A stretch of 64,000 nucleotides of DNA, taken from positions 1 through 64,000 of IMG/VR virus record IMGVR_UViG_3300004886_000001; one strand, written 5' to 3'. This document shows, one piece after another, positions 1 through 10,300 of this stretch. Under the pieces are notes generated by a model. It had not been told where the DNA came from, searched no databases, and saw nothing but the letters and a program-made list of their open reading frames with translations. Position 1 is the first letter of the stretch. Each line of letters begins with the position of its first letter. This stretch comes from a virus. The position numbers and the translations under genes are program-made.

Positions 1-2636
1 TCAGCGCTATCAAAGTTAACCCTAGCTGTCACATCAGAATTTAGAGTTATGTCGATATTTGCGGCTCGCACATTGGAGAATTTTAGCTCTCCAGTGTAGC
101 TTGCCATAGCATTCGTAAGATTGACGCCGTATAAGCCAGACAACGAAATGTTGTTCGCTTCTGCACCTTCAGCACCAGTTATGTTTTCAAACCAAGCGTT
201 TTCAAAAGATACAGCGCCTGCAGTTTTTCCGGTGCTGTTTTTAACTACATCTTTGCCAACACCCTCAATAACAACACCGTTAAAGGTGTACATTCTCGTA
301 GTAATCGGCCCGGAATTTTCAATATCGAAAAAGTAATCAGGCGCATTAAATCCTGAGCGCGTAAATGACGTTACTGTGGGCTGATCTATCTGATTTGTAG
401 CTTCAACTTTTATAGCCGTCTCAACACCATTCATCTGTATCCGGTCAAGAAATATTCCAACGGAATTACGAATGTATGCGCCTACCTTTGCACCCTCAAT
501 AAAGATGTCTCGAAAGTCAGAGATAACTAAACCATCAGTATCAATAGCAGTATTATGATTTCTAAGATGTAGCTTGCTCATAAAAACATTGCTAACTCTA
601 GCGCCAACTCGCTTGATAAAATCTATAGAGCCACCACCATCTATGCGGGTGAAGAATGCGCTGGAGTTGTTTCCGTGCAGTCCGAAACCAGTTGACGGAA
701 TTTCTAGTGTCGAGGTTTGATCATATGCGCCCGGCTTTAGCCTCATGCCTCTTCGGGTTGACGTTACTACATCAGGCCCGGCAAGCTCCGCGCCTGAAAT
801 ATCACCCGGATCGACAGCAATTGGAACATAGTCATAATCGACTGGCTTTGCCGAACGCCCGGTTTCAGTCCATGCCGTTCCGGCAGCATTGCGCAAATAC
901 TCTACGTCAAAATCGTCAAATCGTCCTGTTGCTTTATCTCCCGGCTCTGCATCATCACCAGTTAGCGCTGCAACTTGAGCAGGTATAGTGTCTACCGCTG
1001 GTGCAGAACCACCTATGATTATAGGGTTAATACTTTGGTCAAATGGATCTACAGAGGACTCAATCAGTGAAACTGTGTCAGCAGCAGACAGCGGTTGGGT
1101 TGTGCTGGTTGAATCACTTGTTATGGTTAACGTGTTTTGGTTAGTGGGCGCTGCTCCACCAACACGCACAAGGTGTGATAGCGCTACGTCATACCCGGTA
1201 AAGATTGTACCGTCCGTGATTGCCTGTAGTAATGCAGCATCACTGAGCTGGTTGAATATAATAGCGTCACCGTTAGAGCCATTCCCATCACGCTCACCAG
1301 CATGGTTAATTCGCAAATGTCGTGTTTCGCTTGCGCTATCGTTAAGAATTTTGACTGTTACAGTGTGAGGCTCTACTTGAGCACCAATATTCAGCACAAA
1401 CTCTGTTGGATCTGCAACTGTGCCCTCGGCCAATGCAGAAAGATCAACTCGCCAGTAATTATCGCCCGGCTCTGGAACAAGAGTTGATCCTGATATTGTG
1501 GTTCCGTTTGAACCGTCGCCCGGTGTAGTAGTAACTACCGTGGTGACTTGTGGTTCTGAGCTACCACCAGCCGGATCGTCCATAATTTGCCAGAACGATG
1601 CTGCTATCTTTTTAATACGGAACGATTCGTTCGTAATCTGTATGCCACCGTCTGCAACTGAATTACCGTCACGATCTTTGATTATGATGGTATTGGCATT
1701 GACGTTCGGAATGTCAGCAATCGAAGGTCTTGAGTAGACAGTGACCGTCGCACCATCGGTAGCCGTGATCGGCATACTTGAACCAACTGGAATGCTGTCA
1801 TCAAGAACCAAATTAGTGTCAGCATTGACGTGGTAGCCGTACACCCCGACATTTTCAAACAGTGAAGCAAGGGCGAAAGTATCAGTGTTGATAGTCTCGT
1901 CGTACTTCAACTGATCAGGTGGCGGTTTTGTTGCTGCCTGCAATGTCCAGTGAAAGTCTTCTGCGCCGTCACCAGATGTAAGCCTGAGCAAAGCCGGCAC
2001 GTCAGTAGGACCGACAACGATGCCGCCGATAGTGCCTGGCATACCCACAATGACGAAATCACCCAGACCAAGCGGCTCACCAGTGTTACCGGTTACTGTG
2101 GCCGGTGTAGGCAATGGAATGCCACCTGTAGGGTCAATAGCACCGCGAGAGTTGGTGTTGTCGATTAGATCAGTGTCGGCAAGCGCGTGATTATAAGCCG
2201 CTGTCAGTTGCGCTACCTGGCCTGGTGTTATCCCTGCCCCTGCAATCTGCGCTAACTGCGACGGTGTAAATGAACCGGCCGGTGTTGAAAAGCCAGCGGT
2301 GAAGTAATCAGGCTCTCTGACTTCCTGCAATTTTACCGTGACGCCCGTAGTCGATGCTGCCAGTTGCCGAACCCGGTACAAGAACCCGCTATACCACATC
2401 ACAGATGCAATCTTACTATCGCTAGTCACTTCCCCGATAGGCATCCAGTTCTGCCCTTCTTGACGCGATATCTCTATTTGTAGATTGACGTTGTCAGGGT
2501 TGAATAAGGCAAGCTCTACCGGTTGATCAGATCCCGAAATGTGATTACTTACACCCGGCGTAAATCCGTCACCATGCTGACCAAAACGACCAACATTTCC
2601 ATCAAATATGTTTACATTGTGAGTTGTAGATAACAC
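1..2636 (-). CDS. Tailspike/tail fibre protein with beta-helix-like repeats; 3' end runs off the left edge (partial)
   Basis: Spot translations at 2570..2636, 1281..1319, 481..599 and 1..119 are all in one minus frame with no stop; the full 1..2636 span was not translated base by base. GTG at 2636 has a TAGTG overlap with the upstream stop and a GAGGTGG RBS. Hand translation gives HLRINHAGERDGN, NHNTAIDTDGLVISDFRDIFIEGAKVG and LTNAMASYTGELKFSNVRAANIDITLNSDV. Absent from the ORF track because no stop lies in the window. Confidence 0.6.
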   Translation of the reverse strand, partial: MLSTTHNVNIFDGNVGRFGQHGDGFTPGVSNHISGSDQPVELALFNPDNVNLQIEISRQEGQNWMPIGEVTSDSKIASVMWYSGFLYRVRQLAASTTGVTVKLQEVREPDYFTAGFSTPAGSFTPSQLAQIAGAGITPGQVAQLTAAYNHALADTDLIDNTNSRGAIDPTGGIPLPTPATVTGNTGEPLGLGDFVIVGMPGTIGGIVVGPTDVPALLRLTSGDGAEDFHWTLQAATKPPPDQLKYDETINTDTFALASLFENVGVYGYHVNADTNLVLDDSIPVGSSMPITATDGATVTVYSRPSIADIPNVNANTIIIKDRDGNSVADGGIQITNESFRIKKIAASFWQIMDDPAGGSSEPQVTTVVTTTPGDGSNGTTISGSTLVPEPGDNYWRVDLSALAEGTVADPTEFVLNIGAQVEPHTVTVKILNDSASETRHLRINHAGERDGNGSNGDAIIFNQLSDAALLQAITDGTIFTGYDVALSHLVRVGGAAPTNQNTLTITSDSTSTTQPLSAADTVSLIESSVDPFDQSINPIIIGGSAPAVDTIPAQVAALTGDDAEPGDKATGRFDDFDVEYLRNAAGTAWTETGRSAKPVDYDYVPIAVDPGDISGAELAGPDVVTSTRRGMRLKPGAYDQTSTLEIPSTGFGLHGNNSSAFFTRIDGGGSIDFIKRVGARVSNVFMSKLHLRNHNTAIDTDGLVISDFRDIFIEGAKVGAYIRNSVGIFLDRIQMNGVETAIKVEATNQIDQPTVTSFTRSGFNAPDYFFDIENSGPITTRMYTFNGVVIEGVGKDVVKNSTGKTAGAVSFENAWFENITGAEGAEANNISLSGLYGVNLTNAMASYTGELKFSNVRAANIDITLNSDVTARVNFDSA

Positions 2637-3790
2637 TACACCACCTCTTTAATCGTGACGCTGCCGGTCAATGTTGTTTCGTGTTCAGACGCACTTTCGT
2701 CAAGACGTCTTACTTTCACTTCAACCCTTACGGGCTCGTTGTTATGCTCGATGCCGCCGTAGCTACCTTTTATCTCCCTGAATACTTTCTCAGGCGATAA
2801 TGCTTCCTCAATCCAGGTTTCAACCACGTCGCCATTAATCAGAAGCGTTACTTCAGCCTTGACGCGGTTTGCATCACTGATTTTTTCAATGGTGATAGTT
2901 TTGGTTTCGTAGACCACCGAGCCGTCAGGCGATTCAAGCCGCAATACAACCTTGGCGACTCCTAAGCCATGCCGGGTGCTGTCAGGCGTGAGAATCAATA
3001 CAGAGCCTTCAATGTCGGCATCTATATCAAGGGCTGTCACTACGACGTGTCGAAAATCAACAGTGCCAAGGTCAACAAACTGGCTTAACGATATTTCATT
3101 GTTCTGGTCGATAAAGACGGTTTGTAGGGGAATGTCCCGGTAAGACGGGAAAGTATCTGCAGGTGCTTCAGCTCCATAGACTCCGACAAATACGGTCGCC
3201 ATGGCAACGGGAACACTGTCCTTGTATAACGAGTAGCCAATGGTATCTATGCCAACAAAGCCTTGGCTTGGCATGTATTCAATACGGTCGCCGTTTTGAT
3301 TTAGACTCTGAACAGAACCGTGGCGCGGCTGCTCGAATATCCGAACCTCGTCATAATCAATTGTGTCGTTGCTAGCTGGCTGAATTTTGGCTGTTAGCAG
3401 ATTGGATATAACTACACCAACATCGTAAGCACCGTCACCGTTATAGTCGTTGCCGTGTCGAGCATTAACCCATTCTGATATTTGGGTACCGCTGGTGATT
3501 TGCGGTAATGATGCATAGGGTATGACTATGTCGACTTCTTCATCACCTTCACCGAAAATAAAGTCGCTGCCGTCACCCGCACCATAAAGCCATAGACCAG
3601 CCGGGTTTGTGTTTCTACCAGAACCATACAGCCAGTCATTAGACAGACCTCTACCGTACAACCAGTCTTCGGTTGCTTTGGGTGCAATCTCGCCGCCTCC
3701 AGTGCTGGCAGGCTCCACGTTAACCGTCACACTGCTTGTGTCTGACGATAAAGGTGGAACGTTAACGGTTACTGTGCTGGTATCAGGCAC
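2636..3790 (-). CDS. Tail fibre/appendage protein
   Basis: 384-aa ORF. N-terminus has tandem TSxVTVNV(P/E)P repeats and three WLYGxG repeats. Lies inside the fibre block and is coupled to both neighbours. Confidence 0.5.
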   Translation of the reverse strand: MPDTSTVTVNVPPLSSDTSSVTVNVEPASTGGGEIAPKATEDWLYGRGLSNDWLYGSGRNTNPAGLWLYGAGDGSDFIFGEGDEEVDIVIPYASLPQITSGTQISEWVNARHGNDYNGDGAYDVGVVISNLLTAKIQPASNDTIDYDEVRIFEQPRHGSVQSLNQNGDRIEYMPSQGFVGIDTIGYSLYKDSVPVAMATVFVGVYGAEAPADTFPSYRDIPLQTVFIDQNNEISLSQFVDLGTVDFRHVVVTALDIDADIEGSVLILTPDSTRHGLGVAKVVLRLESPDGSVVYETKTITIEKISDANRVKAEVTLLINGDVVETWIEEALSPEKVFREIKGSYGGIEHNNEPVRVEVKVRRLDESASEHETTLTGSVTIKEVV

Positions 3791-4942
3791 TTAGACAACC
3801 TCAAACCTGATCGCAAAATCTCCGGGAATATCTCTTATCGACCTTACCCGGTTACCGGTGATTTGAAAGTCCACTGCAGAGCAGTTTACATACTGTGCAA
3901 TTCTCAGTGTGCCGGTGCCGTTCGGGTTAATCATGACAGACGATAAATCTATATCTAATGGCTGACCGATTCTCACACTCGGGCTGGACAGCGCTGCCAG
4001 TGCATCAGAGTCGATAGACTTCACACCGCTACTGGTTGTGCCGCCTCCGGTATTTCCGCCGCCTGTATTGCCACCATTAGATTCAGAGACGATTCTAACT
4101 TTCAGTGATGCAAACGCCACCTGTCCGGTAGAGTCGACTGCAACAACGTTGTATTGGTAGATATCGCCTGGTGTCTCATTACCAGTGGCGTTGTACTGTG
4201 CAATGTTTGTATCGTTCGACAGTCTTTCTAGGGTGCCGTGTGTGCTCGCCACTGCCTCGTTACTACCTTGCGGTGAGTAAGCGTATACAGAATCCGAGTT
4301 AGCCGGGTTGTTGACTGTGGATAGCGTTACTGGTGGTGTGCCGCCTGAGTACAAATCAGTAGCACGGCCAGTTCCGCCAATCACGAATTGTGAAGCGTTT
4401 CCAGCCGCAGTGCCTACAACCCAATCGACAGTTAGATGGCGACCTTCAAAGCCTTGACCGATCTGGAATCGAATTGAACTGAAAATGTTTTCACTAATAC
4501 CCGCTGCAGTGTAGTTGCCCCCTTCGTCCACCCACTCACTACCGTTATGGCGGTAATAATTACCCTGTGAGTATGTGACGTCGCCGTTACTACCGTTCGG
4601 GAGATTGGATGAATCAGGAGAAACACCAATCCAACCGACGATGTCCTTAGCGTGTAAGTCGTAAGTAACTGTGGTGCCGATTGATAGTGCAGACAAAGGC
4701 GTGTAATCGACAGTCACTGCAGAGCGGTCAAATGCAATCATGCCGCCGTCATTTACTGAATTGACAGTTGCTGAAAAGTTGACCGAGTGAAGTACCAAGC
4801 TACCGTTCGGGGTTCCTGAAAATCTTGATTCGTCTGCTGTTGATGCGCTGTTGTCAGTTCCAACGCCTACAAAAAAGCTACTCGTTACACCAGCTTGTGC
4901 CCGTGCATTCTCTCGATTTGTATCGTCTCTTGAAATGGTCAT
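3791..4942 (-). CDS. Tail fibre-like structural protein
   Basis: 383-aa G/N/T/S-rich ORF with a GGNTGGGNTGGG run. Abuts fibre-like genes on both sides. Confidence 0.45.
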   Translation of the reverse strand: MTISRDDTNRENARAQAGVTSSFFVGVGTDNSASTADESRFSGTPNGSLVLHSVNFSATVNSVNDGGMIAFDRSAVTVDYTPLSALSIGTTVTYDLHAKDIVGWIGVSPDSSNLPNGSNGDVTYSQGNYYRHNGSEWVDEGGNYTAAGISENIFSSIRFQIGQGFEGRHLTVDWVVGTAAGNASQFVIGGTGRATDLYSGGTPPVTLSTVNNPANSDSVYAYSPQGSNEAVASTHGTLERLSNDTNIAQYNATGNETPGDIYQYNVVAVDSTGQVAFASLKVRIVSESNGGNTGGGNTGGGTTSSGVKSIDSDALAALSSPSVRIGQPLDIDLSSVMINPNGTGTLRIAQYVNCSAVDFQITGNRVRSIRDIPGDFAIRFEVV

Positions 4943-6774
4943 TATTCGTCCAAATCTACTGTGCCAGACCCTGTTACTTGGGCAGGTAATGAAATTTCAA
5001 GCGAATCACCACTAACAAAGGCATCACCTGGACCCTGTTCGTTAATGTTTCGCTTACCGTTGGTGCCGGGCATCCTTGAAAGATCCAGCGTCGATGATTC
5101 ACCCGGATAGATGTACCGAGGGCTTATAAATGGTGGTATGGCTTCAGGCTCCGGTTGATTAACATCTGCAACGCCACGAACTGTAAAGTTGCCCGTATCA
5201 CCGTTAACCAATCGAAAAGAGATAATCGACTCACCGAGACCATTTGCCTGTATGCGTAGGCGTGGGGCCGTTTCAAGTATCTTGATTGTCGGGTAGCTGG
5301 TTTGCCCTGTGATTTCTGCAATTGCAGCACCCGAGCTATGAATCTGCGTTAAGTCATAAAATCGTTCATCGAGCACCGGGATTTCAAACACGGCACTTTT
5401 AGAAAACCGTGGCGCTTCCGGTAATTCAGGTTGCTCTGGTGTTTCAGGTGTTTCGGGTTCTTCCGGCCCCGGTTCTTCTGGTACTTCTGGTTCTTCCGAC
5501 GGGTTTGTGCCGCCACCTGAATCATCCGGCCGTTCGTTACCACCTTGGGGTATGACAGTTGGGCCTCCGCGAGTCTGATCGCTGTTATCCCATCCGAACA
5601 CACCCTTACCTGGCACGGTGAAAGTCAGCTTCTTAAACTCAACAATCGACTCCCTGCCGTCAGGGTGCGAGTACCACAGCTCTGTGCCGTAGTGAATTCC
5701 GCCTAATACCTGGCCGGGGTTTGGCAGTGGTACTGGTCGCTTACCTCGTGTAGCACCGGGAACCAATGATCCGTTGTTGTACATGGCATTGGCATTAGCG
5801 TTGTTTTGGATAATGCCCGGTAGCACATCCGTCATAAAACGCATGTAAGCGGAAATATTTACCGTCCCTCTGTTTGAGGGGTTGACCATCACTAGACCGA
5901 TGTAATCAAACTCATTTTCACCACGTCGTTCAATCTTGTAGTAAAAGTCATGCTCTTTGTTGTCGATGGTATAACGACCAATCAACACACCACCGGCCCA
6001 GTTGTTATCACTGTCTCTGCCTGCCGGTATATCGTTGGGTATAGGTGGTATGCCCATCCATATATTGACATTCCAGTCTTTAGTGAGGTTGTAGTTAATG
6101 CCGTTGACAGTATCTACAAGCTCCGGCAAAGGTGTGCGGTGTATCTGTCCACCGAGATCACGACCATAACCCGCACCCGGAAAGCCACCCGGTACCCGAG
6201 TAGGATCAGACACGTTGTGCAGGTACATATCAATGAATAGGTTTTCATTGCCACCGTTACGCTCAACGTCATATTCGACAACGATATCTGGAAGGTCAGC
6301 TAAGAATGACGGTAGGCCAACTTGTCGGCGTGGTTCTTCCAAATCCCATACAGGAGATTCGTTTGTATAATTCGGATCGTCAGGACCACCATTGGCCCGG
6401 AACACTCCCTCTGAACCTGCAGCCCTTGGAAAGCCATTACATGCAAGACCACTGGTTTCAAAGCGACCGAACATTGTCCCAAGCATGCCAACAACTGGAA
6501 ACGCTTTAACAGTTCTCTGTGTCGCTTCTTCAGGTGGAATTCTGTACTTAATGAAAACGCTATTGTTCGTTAACCCAGGCTGGCATTCGGCATTTGTGGG
6601 TTGATCGTTATCAACAGTGTTTGTGATTTCAATGTACGAACCTGCAGGAGCATCAACACCCGGCGTAAAGAAGCCAAACCCGTTGGTACCCATCATGAGC
6701 CCATCGGAGTACTGGCGCTTGAACGGGTTGCCGTCGCCTAAGTCAGTCCGAAGTTTTAGTTCTTTAACTGTCAC
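4942..6774 (-). CDS. Tail-associated putative glycan-binding/depolymerase protein, paralog A
   Basis: 610 aa. The N-terminal ~430 aa are paralogous to the 62777..64000 product (shared FxDxYLxxVSxP, NGIxYNxTKxWNxNxW, GIHxGxExW). PE-rich linker EEPEVPEEPGPEEPETPETPEQPELPE. C-terminal Ig-like beta domains. Confidence 0.4.
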   Translation of the reverse strand: MTVKELKLRTDLGDGNPFKRQYSDGLMMGTNGFGFFTPGVDAPAGSYIEITNTVDNDQPTNAECQPGLTNNSVFIKYRIPPEEATQRTVKAFPVVGMLGTMFGRFETSGLACNGFPRAAGSEGVFRANGGPDDPNYTNESPVWDLEEPRRQVGLPSFLADLPDIVVEYDVERNGGNENLFIDMYLHNVSDPTRVPGGFPGAGYGRDLGGQIHRTPLPELVDTVNGINYNLTKDWNVNIWMGIPPIPNDIPAGRDSDNNWAGGVLIGRYTIDNKEHDFYYKIERRGENEFDYIGLVMVNPSNRGTVNISAYMRFMTDVLPGIIQNNANANAMYNNGSLVPGATRGKRPVPLPNPGQVLGGIHYGTELWYSHPDGRESIVEFKKLTFTVPGKGVFGWDNSDQTRGGPTVIPQGGNERPDDSGGGTNPSEEPEVPEEPGPEEPETPETPEQPELPEAPRFSKSAVFEIPVLDERFYDLTQIHSSGAAIAEITGQTSYPTIKILETAPRLRIQANGLGESIISFRLVNGDTGNFTVRGVADVNQPEPEAIPPFISPRYIYPGESSTLDLSRMPGTNGKRNINEQGPGDAFVSGDSLEISLPAQVTGSGTVDLDE

Positions 6775-7139
6775 GCTTCAACAAGACCGTGATTAATTAC
6801 GCGAAGTGGTATTTCTTCTGGAAACTTCTCAAAAGATGCAAACACACCAACTCCGAACGCTTCAAAGCGATACGAGAACCCAGTTCTTAATCGCATAGAA
6901 GTTTGTTGGGTTTTGGTAGAGGGATCACCAAGCGGTGCCCACTTGAAAGGTCTGACATTGTTGTCTGCCCACATTAGCTGCACTGGCACAGAAGACGGGT
7001 TTAGTACCGTCAAGACAATATCGGTATCGTACTTCCCAAGGCCATCGAAAATCGCACTTGAACCCGGTGCTGAACCGTCACTCGGTGTCAGTGTTGGATC
7101 TTCTACAATTCGCTTACCATTGAATAAATTCGTGGGCAT
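6771..7139 (-). CDS. Small tail-module structural protein
   Basis: 122-aa ORF with a 4-nt overlap onto the downstream fibre-block gene. First gene after the giant protein. Confidence 0.45.
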   Translation of the reverse strand: MPTNLFNGKRIVEDPTLTPSDGSAPGSSAIFDGLGKYDTDIVLTVLNPSSVPVQLMWADNNVRPFKWAPLGDPSTKTQQTSMRLRTGFSYRFEAFGVGVFASFEKFPEEIPLRVINHGLVEA

Positions 7140-7339
7140 GAGTACGCTGGGGTATGTTTTCCAGCGATGCTACATAAGCAAAATTGTCAATGTCGGTGCG
7201 AATTTGCTAGTCTGTTGAGACTTGCAGGATTGAAAGGAGCAATACCAGTGCAAAACTTACTAGAGAAGTTCTTTATAATAATCGGAGCTATCATATTGAT
7301 AGCTATTTTCTTAGGCCTGATACGGGATTTTGCCGGGCT

Positions 7340-10300
7340 TTAGTACGTCACTTCTGATATTGCCTGCTTCTTGGTTTTAGTGGTTGCGGAAACGCCAGCA
7401 ACATGTTCGTCGCGTTGCTTTTTGTACGCTCTCCAACTGCGGCTAAAATGCTTACTTTGAATCTTCATGTCAGGAAACTTATCAGAATAGCGCTTTGCCA
7501 TTTCACGCGCTTTTTCCATCTTCTTTTCATCGCCCTTTTCCCTGCCTTGGTTCATGATTCGCATGATCTTGGAGCGCACATCACGTAACTGTTTATCACG
7601 TGCATAGATTGCAGAGTTTTTACTGTAAGCCTCTGTCACATCGGAAGGTGTAAAGCCCATCATTTGCGCCAAGTACTCCCACGGCTCCATTTCATGGATT
7701 AAATCACCATGCTTGTTTTTAACGCCACCCTCATAAGCGTACCGGCCAGAGCGAACCACGTCTTTCATAAACTTTGGCAGTACCTTTTCAGTTGCCTTGA
7801 CATAATCACCAGATGCCAAATCACGGCCAGACAATATTGCATTCTTAACCAGTCCGCCTGTAGGACCAGCCAGGTTTTCAAGCATATTAAAATAAGTACT
7901 CTCGCCCAGTTCATCACCCGGTGACGATTCACGGAAAAACAGACTCGAAGTAGAAACACGATCAGACATTGAGAACGGTGTAAACGTATCCCAAACACCC
8001 CTTGTCATTACTTCACCCATTTTGTTACCGAATACATCTGCTGCAAACTGACGTGTCCAGGCTTCGTACTCTATCTCGTCTTCCTCATCAAGAAAGGTAT
8101 TAACAACCGCTTCCAGTGTGTTACCGAGAATACGCGCGCCCGGCAGACCAATTGCACCAGACAACAAGAACTGAACGCCGAGCATCGACGTGAGCATCTT
8201 CTTAGCTTCGCGCTGCTCCTCTGGTGTAGATTCATACTTGCCAAATGCTTTCTTTAGCGTTGATATGTACAAGTGTGCTATCGAGAACGAGTATTGCTTA
8301 AACTGTAGTGCTATACGAGCGGTTGGTGAGCGCATCACTCTGGCACGGTTGCCGGAACTGTAATCAAACTGGCTGTCCCAAGTAGTCTTGGCTGCTTCGT
8401 CCTGTGATTCTTTCTGGCTCTTGCCAGCTTCACGCGCCAGTCGATAAGTAGTCAGTGCTGTTACTTCACGGTTGAGCTTTTCAGTTACATGGAATGTCCA
8501 GCCGACTACTTTCATTGCCCGAGGTATAAAGTCAGACGTGTTCATGCCTTCTTCGGCCAGTCCTGCCAAATCCGCCATCATTGTTTTGTCGATCACACCG
8601 AGCTTTGCCAGATCATCAAGCATTTTCTTTTCTTCAGTAGTGATATCGGCATCATCAAATCCAGTGGATTTATTCTTAAACGATCCTTTAAGGTAATCGT
8701 TCTGCGCTTTTATCAGTGTAGAAGTAGATTTTGCATTGCCGTACTTTGAGCCAAGCATTGGAATAGTCACCATGTACAACTGAGTTGTATTCAACAGCGC
8801 TGCCGCTGGTGTAATACCGAGAATCATTCCAAACCCGAAGCTATTAACCTTATTGGCAAACGGCGACATTTGCGGGTTAAGTGAGTGCTCCATTGATTTC
8901 TTTAGTTCGTCGATGCCGTTCCGAGCTTTGTATTTGTACTCGTCTTTTATGTACTTGGCATTGGTCAGGTGTTTATCGTGGCTATTGCGAACAGCTTCCA
9001 GATCCATACCTGATCGCAACTGCTTCAAAATGCCGTTCCACATCTTGATTGCTTCGTTAGATGTTTCGTTGTCGCGGATTTCCGTTAATTGAGTCGCTAC
9101 ATCGTCATCACTCATAGTCGCATTGATAGCGTGCTCCAGATCAAGAAATGCATCTTCATACTTCTTACGCATGTCAGGGCGGGTTGCCAGATCATATTCC
9201 AGATCCATACTTTGCACGTGCTGCTGCATCTCCCATGAGTGAGAAAGTCTACCCAAGTGTGATGCTGCATGGAACGAACTGTCAGCAAAAGAGCGCAATG
9301 CATCTTGTTCAAAACCTTTCACCTTACCCCGGCGTATCTCATGACGACGGATTGAGAGTTGTGGCAATGCTTTAAGATACATCTGGTTGATTTCGTCCTT
9401 CATGGCAGACAAATCTTCATTGCCCTCTGAAAGCTCGTCAATCATATCGTTGATAGAGTCTTTCATTGAGTCTGGCATCTGCTCTGCCGCCATCATTTCA
9501 TCAGTCAGCTTACTTGACGCCACATCCTTGCCGCCTGCAGCCTTGGCTTGTTTTTCCCACTTCTGCTGATCGTATGGGCTGTCAAATTGCCTGAACTCAT
9601 AGCTACCATCAGGAAACTTAGCACTGGATGCATACTTGCCAAATCGACTTAGCGGAAAGTATGGAGCGTGTAACTTCATCATTTCCCGCATCTCAGTAAT
9701 AGCGGAGTTGTGCTGCTTCTTTGCTTCCAGTGTTGTGTTGGATGCATCGCTGCGAGTAATCATGGCCTGTGTTTGAGCGTCCCACATCTCAGCGTGGTAG
9801 TCTCTCATTTCCCGGTATAGCTCTTTGGCTTCTTCCGGCAGAGAGTTAAATTCTTTGATCAGCTTTTGCGCTTCTGTTGCACGTTCCTTTTTCGTTTTCT
9901 GCAACTCCCGCATGTACTCAAGATTGGTTTTTTCTGCACCAGTCAACCCGGACTTGGCTTTTTCTTTAACTTTGGTGATACGCTTCTGGATTCGATCATA
10001 CTTAGTGCGATCAGCAGGTATAAATGCACGGTAGCCGTCAGCCCTTGTCACTCTGGCTTGCGCTCTCGCTTTCTTGTCAGCTTCTTTGACCTTCTGACCT
10101 TCCTCCTTCAATTCCGCTTTTAGTGCATCAAGCTCTGCCTGGTCATCATCAGATAATGCCTTTGGCTTTTTACGTTCCAGTTTGCGGATTGCAGCATCAA
10201 GTATTGAATCAGTATTTTTGTAATTGTCAGGATCGGCAGATATCAGGGTTGCGTTGTGCATGATATCGGAGACTTTCGACATAACATCTTTGTTTTTCTG

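Noticed and set aside
121-2168. Plus-strand ORFs 121..336, 656..988, 988..1368, 1302..1487, 1498..1737, 1950..2168 and minus-strand 1682..1870.
   Set aside because: The minus-strand tailspike frame appears open across the region (spot-translated at four places, protein-like each time). These ORFs are antisense or out of frame.
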